This document shows positions 46,668 through 55,225 of a stretch of 56,049 nucleotides of DNA, piece by piece; the stretch's first letter is position 1; each line of letters begins with the position of its first letter. The notes beneath the pieces were generated by a model. That model saw only the letters and a program-made list of their open reading frames with translations, was not told the DNA's origin and did not search any database. The DNA is taken from the IMG/VR virus record IMGVR_UViG_3300048121_000547, positions 1 to 56,049 of that record. One strand, written 5' to 3'. This DNA is from a virus (Duplodnaviria; Caudoviricetes). Made by a program: the position numbers and the translations under genes.

Positions 46668-46691
46668 GGCCCGCCATTGTGCGGGCTTTTT
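46668..46691 (+). terminator. Terminator (GGCCCGC family)
   Basis: GGCCCGC-CATTGT-GCGGGCT-TTTT. Confidence 0.85.
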
Positions 46692-47250
46692 CGTGCCCTC
46701 TGGCCGACCTTATCGCCCGATTACCCGATCCAATCTAACGAGATCGACCACAGCGCCGGGTATTCTCTAAAATAGTTAAACAAGGCGGGCCTCGCCCCTT
46801 GCACCCCGGCCAAACGTACGGGGCGCGCGATCCGCGGGCGGACATCGATGCGCTTCCTGTCCCTTCCAGACCCGCCACCATGGTCGTTTTCATCGGCCAG
46901 CTGGCCCCGGCGCGCAGAAAATTCGTGCAGCTGCGGCTCACTTTTGCCCGTTAATATCGACCAGCTGGCCGTAATTCTTGCCCGCTGCTGACAGAAAATC
47001 GTGCGAGATAAATAGTTATCGGTCCGCGATCCGCGGTCTATCGGCCCGGGAAAATCGCCCGGGTCCCTCGGATATCGGGTCAGAAAACCATGATTTTAAA
47101 CGATAAAACGCGATCCGCGCGACGCGGCCCGGGGTTTGCCGAGACGGGGGCTAGGGCCATGTTTCTCTCAAATATTTACATAAAATTTCGTTTGGCCTAT
47201 AACTATCCTATAAAGCAGTATATTATCCCATAAATAGCTAGGGTCCCCCG
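46692..47250. repeat. GC-rich non-coding region with short repeats; candidate packaging/terminus site
   Basis: CGCGATCCGCG x3, CCAGCTGGCC x2, CAGAAAAT(T)CGTGC x2; directly upstream of terL. Confidence 0.5.
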
Positions 47251-48714
47251 ATGAATGTTAACCTAAATCCGATCCAACAAGAGAAGGCCCTGAAGCTTCA
47301 ATTGAGGCTCGCCCAAATCGCCAAGAACGAGGGTTGTCAGGAAAACTTTTTGGACTTTGTTAGGTCCCAGTGGCCGGAGTTTATTGCTGGTAGGCATCAT
47401 AAAATAATTGCGGACAAGCTTGAGCGGGTCGCGAGCGGCGAACTAAAGCGTTTGATTATCAACATGGCTCCGCGGCACACGAAGAGTGAGTTTGCTTCGT
47501 TTTTGTTTCCTGCTTGGATGATGGGCAAGAACCCGAGTATGAAGATTATTCAGGCGACTCACACGACGGAGTTGGCTGTTAACTTTGGTCGGAAGACTAA
47601 GAACCTTTTGGACATGGACAGTTACAAGGAGGTTTTCCCTGACGTTAAGTTGGCTGCGGACAGTAAGGCGAGTGGTCGTTGGGACACGAGTGCTGGTGGT
47701 ATGTATTATGCTGTTGGTGTTGGTTCGAATTTGGCTGGTCGTGGTGGTGATTTAATTATCATTGACGACCCTCATTCTGAGCAGACGGCGATGAGTGCTC
47801 ATGGTTTTGAGGATGCTTGGGATTGGTATACTGGTGGTCCTCGGCAGCGTTTACAGCCGGGTGGTTCTATAGTTTTGGTACAGACTCGTTGGTCAGAGAA
47901 GGACATGACGGGTCAGTTATTGCGAGCGATGGCGAAGGACCCTTTATCGGATCAGTGGGAGGTTGTTGAGTTACCTGCTATTTTTGAGGATGAGACTCCT
48001 TGTTGGCCTGAGTACTGGAGTTTAGAGGATTTAACCGCGGTCCGCGCATCTATACCTCCGAGCAAGTGGAATGCTCAGTATCAGCAGAATCCTACTGGTG
48101 AGGAGAATGCGATCATTCCTCGGGAGTGGTGGCGTCGTTGGGACCGTGAGGTTGTTCCTCAGTTAGAGTATGTGATTCAGAGTTATGACACTGCGTTTAG
48201 CAAGCGTGAGACGAGTGACTTTAGTGCTATTACGACGTGGGGTGTATTTTATCCGAACGAGGGTGGTTCGGGTCCTAATTTAATATTGTTGGACAGTAAG
48301 AAGGGTCGCTGGGATTTTCCAGAATTAAAGTCTATAGCGTTTGAGGAGTATAAGTTTTGGGACCCCGACACTGTAATTATTGAGGCGAAGGCGAGTGGTT
48401 TACCTTTGACTCACGAGCTTCGCAATGTTGGTATACCTGTTGTAAATTTCACGCCTAGTCGTGGTAATGACAAGGTTAGCCGGGTACATGCCATTAGTCC
48501 TATGTTAGAGTCTGGCATGGTTTGGGCTCCTGACAAGCCTTGGGCTGATGAGTTAATTGAGGAGGTTGCGGCGTTTCCGAACGGCGAGCATGACGATTTG
48601 GTTGACAGCATGACCCAAGCTCTGATGAGGTATCGTCAGGGTAATTTTGTCCAGTTACCAACAGATGATTGGCAAAACGAAGAAGAATCTGTTAAGGTGC
48701 GGGCATATTATTGA
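47251..48714 (+). CDS. terL: Terminase large subunit
   Basis: NMAPRHTKS, GRGGDLIIIDDP, QTRW, SYDTA, IEAKASG and HDDLVDS motifs. Confidence 0.95.
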   Translation: MNVNLNPIQQEKALKLQLRLAQIAKNEGCQENFLDFVRSQWPEFIAGRHHKIIADKLERVASGELKRLIINMAPRHTKSEFASFLFPAWMMGKNPSMKIIQATHTTELAVNFGRKTKNLLDMDSYKEVFPDVKLAADSKASGRWDTSAGGMYYAVGVGSNLAGRGGDLIIIDDPHSEQTAMSAHGFEDAWDWYTGGPRQRLQPGGSIVLVQTRWSEKDMTGQLLRAMAKDPLSDQWEVVELPAIFEDETPCWPEYWSLEDLTAVRASIPPSKWNAQYQQNPTGEENAIIPREWWRRWDREVVPQLEYVIQSYDTAFSKRETSDFSAITTWGVFYPNEGGSGPNLILLDSKKGRWDFPELKSIAFEEYKFWDPDTVIIEAKASGLPLTHELRNVGIPVVNFTPSRGNDKVSRVHAISPMLESGMVWAPDKPWADELIEEVAAFPNGEHDDLVDSMTQALMRYRQGNFVQLPTDDWQNEEESVKVRAYY

Positions 48715-48725
48715 CGGAGGGCCTT

Positions 48726-51161
48726 ATGGCTATTGGCGGATTGATGGATACGACTAACGTTCCGAGTCAGTTAGACGAGGAAGATTTACGCGCAGAAGTT
48801 GAGTTAGAGGTTCCGGATTCTGGTGCTGACCCTTATTTGATGTCTTCTGACGTAGGTTCTGATGGTCTTGAGATTGAGATCATTGAGGAGGACAACGGCG
48901 ACGTTACCGTTGATTTTGACCCGAGTGCGTCTTTTGATGACATGGAGGGCGGTTTTAGCGATAACTTGGCGGAGTACTTGTCGGATTATGAGCTTTCTCG
49001 CATTTCCAGTGATTTATCTAGCGAGTTTGACAGTAACAAGGCGTCTCGTCAGGAGTGGGAAGATACTTATTCCAATGGCTTAGAGTTGTTAGGATTCAGT
49101 TATTCGGAGCGCAGTCAGCCGTTTCGTGGTGCAAGCGGCGTTACGCATCCTTTGTTAGCGGAGGCTGCGACTCAGTTTCAGGCTCAAGCGTTTAATGAGT
49201 TATTGCCTTCTTCGGGTCCCGTCCGGACGGCTATTATGGGTGAAGAGAACCGTGAAAAGGCGTCTCAAGCGCAGCGTGTTCGTCAGTTTATGAATTATTA
49301 TCTGACTAATGTTATGGAGGATTACACTCCTGACATGGATCAGATGCTGTTTTATTTACCGCTGGCGGGGAGTACGTTTAAAAAGGTTTACTTTGACGAG
49401 GCTCTGGGCCGGATTGTTAGTAAGTTTGTGCCTGCGGAGCAGTTAGTTGTTCCTTATGAGACTTCTGACTTGGACACTTGTCCTAATATCACGCAGGTTG
49501 TCCGCATGGGTTTGAACGATTTGCGCAAGATGCAGGTCGGCGGCTTTTATTTAGACATTCCTGTGACTCCGGTTCAACAAGATTTGGACTCTGTAGAGAC
49601 TGAAATGGACCGTATTAACGGCATGGAGAGCTCTCAGATCGATTATGACTGCACTTTGTTAGAGTGTCATGTTGATTTGGACTTAGAGGGTTACGAGGAC
49701 CGCGATGAAGAGGGCGAGCCTACTGGTATTAAGTTGCCTTACATTGTTACGATTTCTCAGGACAACGGTCAGGTGTTGTCTGTCCGCCGCAATTATTTAG
49801 AGGATGATGAGCAGCGTAAGAAGATACAGTATTTTGTTCATTACAAGTTTTTGCCGGGGTTTGGTTTTTACGGTCTTGGCTTGATTCATACTATTGGTGG
49901 TTTGTCGCGCACAGCTACATCTTCGCTTCGTCAATTGATTGACGCTGGTACGTTGTCGAATCTTCCTGCGGGTTTCAAGGCCCGCGGCCTGCGGATCAGG
50001 GACGACGATGAGCCTTTACAGCCGGGTGAGTTTAGGGATGTTGACGCTCCGGGCGGTGCTATTCGTGACAGTTTGATGCCGTTGCCTTTCAAGGGACCGG
50101 ATCAGACGTTGTTTCAGTTGTTGGGTTTTGTTGTTCAGGCTGGTCAGCGGTTTGCGACTATTACTGATATGAAGGTTGGCGACGGCAATCAGGGCGCGGC
50201 CGTCGGAACTACTATAGCGATGTTGGAGCAGGGTTCTCGTGTTATGAGTGCTGTTCACAAGCGGCTTCATTATGCGATGCGTCAGGAGTTCAAGATTTTG
50301 GCTCGTGTTATGAGCGAGACTTTACCTCAAGAGTATCCTTATAGCATTGAGGGTGCGGATCAGTCGGTTATGGCAACGGACTTTGATGACCGTGTGGACG
50401 TTATTCCTGTTTCGAACCCGAATGCTTTCAGTCAGTCTCAGCGTATTTTGTTGGCTCAGACGAAGTTGCAGTTAGCTACTCAGGCTCCTGAGATGCACAA
50501 CATGCACGAGGTTTTCCGTGACATGTATGAGGCTTTAGGTGTTACGGATGTGGATCGTTTAATGAAGTCGGTTCCTGACGAGGATTCGATTCCTTTGGAC
50601 CCTGCGCAGGAAAACATCAACGCTTTGGACAACATGAAGCTGGAAGCGTTTCCGGGTCAGAATCACCAAGCGCACATCATGGCTCACTTGGTATTTGGCG
50701 CGAGTCCGATGGTTGGTCAGTTACCTCCTGTTGCTTTGTCTATGCAGAAGCACATTATGGAGCACGTTAAGATTGGTGCGGAAGAGCAGGCTATGTCTCA
50801 GATGCAGCAAGCTGGACCGCTGCCCGCGGATCAGCAAGAGATGCAGTATCAGATGATGGTTGCACAGTTTGTTGCGGAGGGTATGCAACAGGTCAAGCAG
50901 CTTTCTGGACAAGTCTCTGGTCAGGGTCCCGATCCTTTGCTACAGTTGAAAGAGAAAGAGTTGGAGATAAAGGCTCAGTCCGAGCAGGCGGATTCTCAGT
51001 TAGATCAAGCGAAGTTGCAGCTTGACGCTCAGAACCAGCAGATGCGGGCCGAGCAGTTCCAGCAGCGTCTGGCAAGTCAAGAGAATCAGACGGACAAACG
51101 GATTGAGAGTGCTATGCAACGCGAGTTGTTAAAACAGAGAGGACAGAACAATGGCGGGTAA
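48726..51161 (+). CDS. Portal protein
   Basis: ~810 aa after terL; HPLLAEA..FQA, GFGFYGLG, Gln-rich coiled-coil barrel; ATG 48726 fits the GGAGG RBS. Confidence 0.9.
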   Translation: MAIGGLMDTTNVPSQLDEEDLRAEVELEVPDSGADPYLMSSDVGSDGLEIEIIEEDNGDVTVDFDPSASFDDMEGGFSDNLAEYLSDYELSRISSDLSSEFDSNKASRQEWEDTYSNGLELLGFSYSERSQPFRGASGVTHPLLAEAATQFQAQAFNELLPSSGPVRTAIMGEENREKASQAQRVRQFMNYYLTNVMEDYTPDMDQMLFYLPLAGSTFKKVYFDEALGRIVSKFVPAEQLVVPYETSDLDTCPNITQVVRMGLNDLRKMQVGGFYLDIPVTPVQQDLDSVETEMDRINGMESSQIDYDCTLLECHVDLDLEGYEDRDEEGEPTGIKLPYIVTISQDNGQVLSVRRNYLEDDEQRKKIQYFVHYKFLPGFGFYGLGLIHTIGGLSRTATSSLRQLIDAGTLSNLPAGFKARGLRIRDDDEPLQPGEFRDVDAPGGAIRDSLMPLPFKGPDQTLFQLLGFVVQAGQRFATITDMKVGDGNQGAAVGTTIAMLEQGSRVMSAVHKRLHYAMRQEFKILARVMSETLPQEYPYSIEGADQSVMATDFDDRVDVIPVSNPNAFSQSQRILLAQTKLQLATQAPEMHNMHEVFRDMYEALGVTDVDRLMKSVPDEDSIPLDPAQENINALDNMKLEAFPGQNHQAHIMAHLVFGASPMVGQLPPVALSMQKHIMEHVKIGAEEQAMSQMQQAGPLPADQQEMQYQMMVAQFVAEGMQQVKQLSGQVSGQGPDPLLQLKEKELEIKAQSEQADSQLDQAKLQLDAQNQQMRAEQFQQRLASQENQTDKRIESAMQRELLKQRGQNNGG

Positions 51162-51345
51162 TAAAGCTCCAAAGATAACGGATTTTGACACACTTGAGGC
51201 TTATGTTAATGCAACTTTGGCTGCGGACGGTCCTCCTAAAAGCATGGGTAGAGTGGGTCCGGGTATGCCGAAAAGACAGCAGAAGGGACAAAAAATGGGT
51301 CCGGGTATGCAGAAACCTCCACAGAAAGGACAGAACAATGGCTAA
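51151..51345 (+). CDS. Low-complexity hypothetical protein flanked by a direct repeat
   Basis: 64 aa with GPGM repeats; AGGACAGAACAATGGC at both ends. Confidence 0.55.
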   Translation: MAGNKAPKITDFDTLEAYVNATLAADGPPKSMGRVGPGMPKRQQKGQKMGPGMQKPPQKGQNNG

Positions 51346-51532
51346 AGTAAAGGTAAACGGTTCAGCACCGGGTCCCGCTCCGAAAGCGGTTCCTTACGCA
51401 GATATTAAGGGCCAAGGCCGCATTCCTTATGGGAAGACTGCGGATGTTAAGGTTCCTACCATGTCGGGTCGTCGCGGCGTTGCTCGTGGAATGGGAGCGG
51501 CCAAAAAGGGTGGCGGCTACATCGAGTGTTGA
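51338..51532 (+). CDS. Small basic protein
   Basis: Start reassigned to ATG 51338; ARGMGAAKKGG motif. Confidence 0.75.
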   Translation: MAKVKVNGSAPGPAPKAVPYADIKGQGRIPYGKTADVKVPTMSGRRGVARGMGAAKKGGGYIEC

Positions 51533-51535
51533 TCG

Positions 51536-51769
51536 GTGGACATGTCGGAACTTTGGAATGTCGGATTAACCGCGGCGCTAGGCTTTGTTGTTTGGTGGGC
51601 TAAGACTCAGCACGAAGAGCTTCGCCGAGTTCAGATTCTTTTAAACCGGACTCGGGAAGACATAGCAAAAGAATATGTAACAAAGTCAGATAGTTCCGAG
51701 GTCCTGTCTCAGATTATGAATAAGTTTGACAGGATAGAGGAAAAAATAGATCGCTTGATGGAGAGGTAA
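51536..51769 (+). CDS. Membrane-anchored coiled-coil protein (lysis-associated)
   Basis: N-terminal TM segment; LLNRTRE.IAKEYVTK..DRIEEKID. Confidence 0.65.
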   Translation: MDMSELWNVGLTAALGFVVWWAKTQHEELRRVQILLNRTREDIAKEYVTKSDSSEVLSQIMNKFDRIEEKIDRLMER

Positions 51770-52243
51770 ATGATTGATCCCTTAACAGCGGTCGGTCTAG
51801 CTACTAGCGCATTTAATATTCTGAAACAGGGTATAAGTGCGGGCAAGGATATTCAAGAAATGAGCGGCACCCTAGCGAAATGGGGTGCCGCTTTTTCTGA
51901 TTTTCAGTACGCTGAAGACAAAACAAAAAACCCTCCTTTTTACAAGATGATGGCGGATAACAGCTCCAGCGCCATTGAAATCTTTGCTCAGAAAAAGAAG
52001 ATGGAGGCCATGAGGAAGGAAATAAAAGACCATATATCATGGACTTACGGGCCATCTGCTTGGGAAGAGGTGCTTGCTATAGAGGGCGAAATGCGTAGAA
52101 TACGTCGAGAAGAGGCTTATAAGAAGCAGGAGATGATAGACAACGTCATTAATTTTGTTATTGGCTCAGTTGTATTCATCATTGCGGCTTTAGGGATTGT
52201 CACAGGCTTCTATTACTGGGGCCGTTATCAGGGGCGTTGGTGA
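51770..52243 (+). CDS. Hypothetical protein with C-terminal TM
   Basis: 157 aa starting MIDPLTA. Confidence 0.75.
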   Translation: MIDPLTAVGLATSAFNILKQGISAGKDIQEMSGTLAKWGAAFSDFQYAEDKTKNPPFYKMMADNSSSAIEIFAQKKKMEAMRKEIKDHISWTYGPSAWEEVLAIEGEMRRIRREEAYKKQEMIDNVINFVIGSVVFIIAALGIVTGFYYWGRYQGRW

Positions 52244-52407
52244 TGTGGTTTTTAATCTGGTTTCAAGTTATCAATAACAATATTGAACACTATCAACTCA
52301 ATCAGTTTCCCACTCAGAGCGAGTGCGAAGAAGCACTTGAAGATGCAAAAGTCTTGATAACTACGAGCCAAACTACGGTGTATTGTTTTGAGGTTATTCC
52401 GAAATAA
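52243..52407 (+). CDS. 54-aa protein with two Cys, not in the ORF track
   Basis: TGATG coupling; MWFLIWF...F.T..EC...YCF. Confidence 0.6.
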   Translation: MWFLIWFQVINNNIEHYQLNQFPTQSECEEALEDAKVLITTSQTTVYCFEVIPK

Positions 52408-52534
52408 ACGAGGGGATTACGTTGTATATGACAAATACGAAAAAGTTGTTATAATCACTCACCACAAGCACCACGCAATAGCGTATGCAAGGAGTTTAGA
52501 AGATGGCGGCAAAGAAGCTGGAAGATCAAAGTAA
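52388..52534 (+). CDS. 48-aa hypothetical protein (TTG start)
   Basis: Fills the gap; YVVYDKYEKVVIIT. Confidence 0.4.
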   Translation: MRLFRNKRGDYVVYDKYEKVVIITHHKHHAIAYARSLEDGGKEAGRSK

Positions 52535-52817
52535 GTACGATGCTTACGATATGGATGGTGATGGCGTTGTATCGGATGCCGAGATGACGAAGGCCAAAGA
52601 GATTAGAGAAACTGAGGATGCGCTGCGCAAACATTTGGCGCAGCTTCGCATGGCTCGGTGGACTTTAATCGGTATGGGTGTCTTTACGGTCACAATGTTC
52701 TTTATACCTCTGGATCGTGTTACGGCACTGAGCGACATTTCTAACTTGTTCTACATTTCAGGCGCAGGGATTGTCGGTGCTTTCATGGGCGCAACAGCGT
52801 GGATGGGTAGAAAATGA
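52503..52817 (+). CDS. Two-TM membrane protein with EF-hand-like loop (holin/antiholin candidate)
   Basis: DMDGDGVVSDAE plus two hydrophobic helices; AGGAG RBS. Confidence 0.7.
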   Translation: MAAKKLEDQSKYDAYDMDGDGVVSDAEMTKAKEIRETEDALRKHLAQLRMARWTLIGMGVFTVTMFFIPLDRVTALSDISNLFYISGAGIVGAFMGATAWMGRK

Positions 52818-53203
52818 GTATATTCACTGCCGCACTAGGACCGATAGCCAACCTCGCAGGCTCGTGGTTGCAGGGTAAAGCTGACAAGAACGCTGCCGCC
52901 GCGGAGCTAAAGCTCACAGAGGCTAAGGCGAAAGCGCAAATACTTTTGTCGAAAGAGACTAGCGTTGCCGATTGGGAACGCATCATGGCAGAAGGCGCGA
53001 AATCAAGCTGGAAAGACGAGTGGTTTGTAATTGTTCTGTCAATCCCGCTTGTTCTGGCCTTCATACCCGGTGCAGAGGGATGGGTAGATCGTGGGTTTGA
53101 GCAGCTTTCCAAAGCGCCCGACTGGTATTTTTATAGTTTAGGTATCGCAATAAGCGCCAGTTTTGGTGTTCGCGGTGCGCAGGCTTTGTTCAAGAGGAAA
53201 TGA
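52814..53203 (+). CDS. Holin-like protein
   Basis: SWKDEW..LSIPL..FIPG..P.WY..ASFG; directly before the endolysin. Confidence 0.7.
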   Translation: MSIFTAALGPIANLAGSWLQGKADKNAAAAELKLTEAKAKAQILLSKETSVADWERIMAEGAKSSWKDEWFVIVLSIPLVLAFIPGAEGWVDRGFEQLSKAPDWYFYSLGIAISASFGVRGAQALFKRK

Positions 53204-53204
53204 A

Positions 53205-53660
53205 ATGACATACAAACTGGGAAACCGTAGCAACGAGCGGCTAGAGGGCGTTGATCCCTCGTTACAGACAGTTGTCCGCAGCGCCATTGGGCGTTCCGAA
53301 CAGGATTTTAGTGTGATTTGCGGTCTTAGAACTCGCAAGGAGCAGGAAGAGTTGGTCGCCAAGGGTGCTTCACAGACTATGAAAAGTAAGCATTTGGGCG
53401 GCTATGCCGTTGATTTAATGGCTTATATTGACGGCGGCCGGTGGGAGTTGAATCTTTATGATGAGATCGCTGACGCCATGAAAGCTGCTGCCAAGGATTG
53501 CGGCGTCAAACTTCGCTGGGGCGCGGCTTGGCATATTGACGATTTTGGTGCTTATGAGGGTACGGCTGAAGAGGCTATGAACGAGTATGTAGACTTACGC
53601 CGTTCACAGGGCCGTCGTCCATTTATTGATGCGCCTCACTTTGAGTTAATGGAGGACTAA
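53205..53660 (+). CDS. Endolysin, peptidase M15 family (L-Ala-D-Glu peptidase-like)
   Basis: GLRT..Q, SKHLGGYAVD, WG.AW and DAPHFEL motifs; ATG 53205. Confidence 0.88.
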   Translation: MTYKLGNRSNERLEGVDPSLQTVVRSAIGRSEQDFSVICGLRTRKEQEELVAKGASQTMKSKHLGGYAVDLMAYIDGGRWELNLYDEIADAMKAAAKDCGVKLRWGAAWHIDDFGAYEGTAEEAMNEYVDLRRSQGRRPFIDAPHFELMED

Positions 53661-53724
53661 ATCTTCTTGCCTTTCCCTTAAATCTCGCTAATGTCTGTAT
53701 CAGATAAAGTGGGAGTTTATAGGA

Positions 53725-53922
53725 ATGGATGAGATATTCATTGCGGAAGCCGTCTTTCGCATGATAAGAGAACGAAGGCAAGCCATTGTTGACTTAATGC
53801 AGTACAACAATGTCAAGTCTATGGAGCAATATCGTGAGCTCATAGGGAACTTAGAAGCCCTGAATCATGTGGAACAGGAACTCAAGGGCCTGCTAGATAA
53901 ACAGGAGCAATCTGTTGACTAA
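53725..53922 (+). CDS. Small helical hypothetical protein
   Basis: 65 aa, precedes GroES. Confidence 0.7.
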   Translation: MDEIFIAEAVFRMIRERRQAIVDLMQYNNVKSMEQYRELIGNLEALNHVEQELKGLLDKQEQSVD

Positions 53923-54358
53923 AGTTAATTTAGAGGCCGCTCAAGAAGCGGTCGCCAGCCTCTCCGAGGCATATGCCGCACCCGAAGAAAGGGTTTTAAA
54001 CCCAGACTCCATTGGTGCTTCTCTCTTAGAAAAAATGCCCACGCCTACAGGGTGGCGTCTTTTAATTCTTCCGTATCGGGGGAAAGGAAAGACCGAGGGC
54101 GGTGTTTACTTGCCGCAAGCTGCGGTAAGTCAGCAAGAGGTTTCCACTCAAGTTGGTTACGTTTTGAAGGTAGGCGAGCTTGCTTACAAGGATACTGAAA
54201 AGTTCCCAAACGGGCCGTGGTGTGAACAAGGTGATTGGGTCATGTTTGCTCGTTATGCGGGTTCTCGCTTTGCCATTGACGGCGGTAACGTGAGTATTTT
54301 GAACGACGACGAAATATTGGCCCGAATATCGGAACCCTCAGACGTTTTGCATTATTAG
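53915..54358 (+). CDS. groES: GroES-like co-chaperonin
   Basis: PTGWRLLI..KTEGGVYL..V.KVG..GDWVMFARYAG..LNDDEILA. Confidence 0.88.
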   Translation: MTKVNLEAAQEAVASLSEAYAAPEERVLNPDSIGASLLEKMPTPTGWRLLILPYRGKGKTEGGVYLPQAAVSQQEVSTQVGYVLKVGELAYKDTEKFPNGPWCEQGDWVMFARYAGSRFAIDGGNVSILNDDEILARISEPSDVLHY

Positions 54359-54368
54359 GAGAGAATAG

Positions 54369-55220
54369 ATGGCTGAAGACCAAATTGAACTGGACCTTGC
54401 GTCCGACGAAGACACTGAGGTGGAAGTAGATTCCCCTGAAATTGAGGATTCTGGTTTAGAGGTTGCCTCTTCGGATCAGTTTGAAAAAGCGGATAACGCA
54501 ACTCAAAAACGTATTGATCGGTTGACTAAAAAGATGCGTGAGGCTGAGCGTCGTGAAAACGAAGCTATTAATTACGCTAAACAGGTTCAGCAGGAGTCTG
54601 AAACTTTAAAGCAACGCTTTTCTAATTTGGACAATAGCTACGTTGCGGAATACAGCAACCGTGTTCAAAACGAGATGTCGCAAGCTGAATCTGAGTTTGC
54701 CCGAGCAATGGAAATGGGTGATACGCAAGCTGCGGTTGAAGCTAACAAACGCATGATTGCTTTGACTTCTCAAAGCGAACGCGCGGCTCAAGCAAAGCAG
54801 GCTCAAGAGCGTCAGCAACAGACGCAGGCGCAACAGCAACAGCCTATGCAACAAGCTGCTCCACAGGTTAAACGGCCCGACCCAAAAGCTGAAGAGTGGG
54901 CTCAACGTAACGAGTGGTTTGGGCAAGATGACGCTAAGACTTTTGCGGCTTTTGGGATTCACAAAAAGCTTGTCGAAGACGAAGGATTTGACCCGACGAG
55001 CAATGACTACTATACTGAGCTTGATCGAAGGATTTCCGACACGTTTGGAGGTTCCTCGCAAGCACCCGGCAAACGGGCCGTCCAGACGGTTGCGGGTGTT
55101 TCTAGAAATAATTCTGGGCGCAGTAGTGGGAAAAAGGTTCGACTCACCCCGAGCCAAGTCGCAATTGCGAAGAAATTGGGTGTGCCGCTAGAAGCATACG
55201 CGAAATACGTTAAGGAGTAA
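54369..55220 (+). CDS. Capsid scaffolding protein (probable)
   Basis: Acidic N-terminus, long coiled coil, C-terminal LT.SQVAIAKKLGVPLE.YAK. Confidence 0.75.
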   Translation: MAEDQIELDLASDEDTEVEVDSPEIEDSGLEVASSDQFEKADNATQKRIDRLTKKMREAERRENEAINYAKQVQQESETLKQRFSNLDNSYVAEYSNRVQNEMSQAESEFARAMEMGDTQAAVEANKRMIALTSQSERAAQAKQAQERQQQTQAQQQQPMQQAAPQVKRPDPKAEEWAQRNEWFGQDDAKTFAAFGIHKKLVEDEGFDPTSNDYYTELDRRISDTFGGSSQAPGKRAVQTVAGVSRNNSGRSSGKKVRLTPSQVAIAKKLGVPLEAYAKYVKE

Positions 55221-55225
55221 GACTG

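Noticed and set aside
48101-48110. GGAGAATG within terL (and TTGGAGAA near 27507) as sRNA targets
   Set aside because: 8-nt matches inside coding sequence, not at an evident gene start; expected by chance
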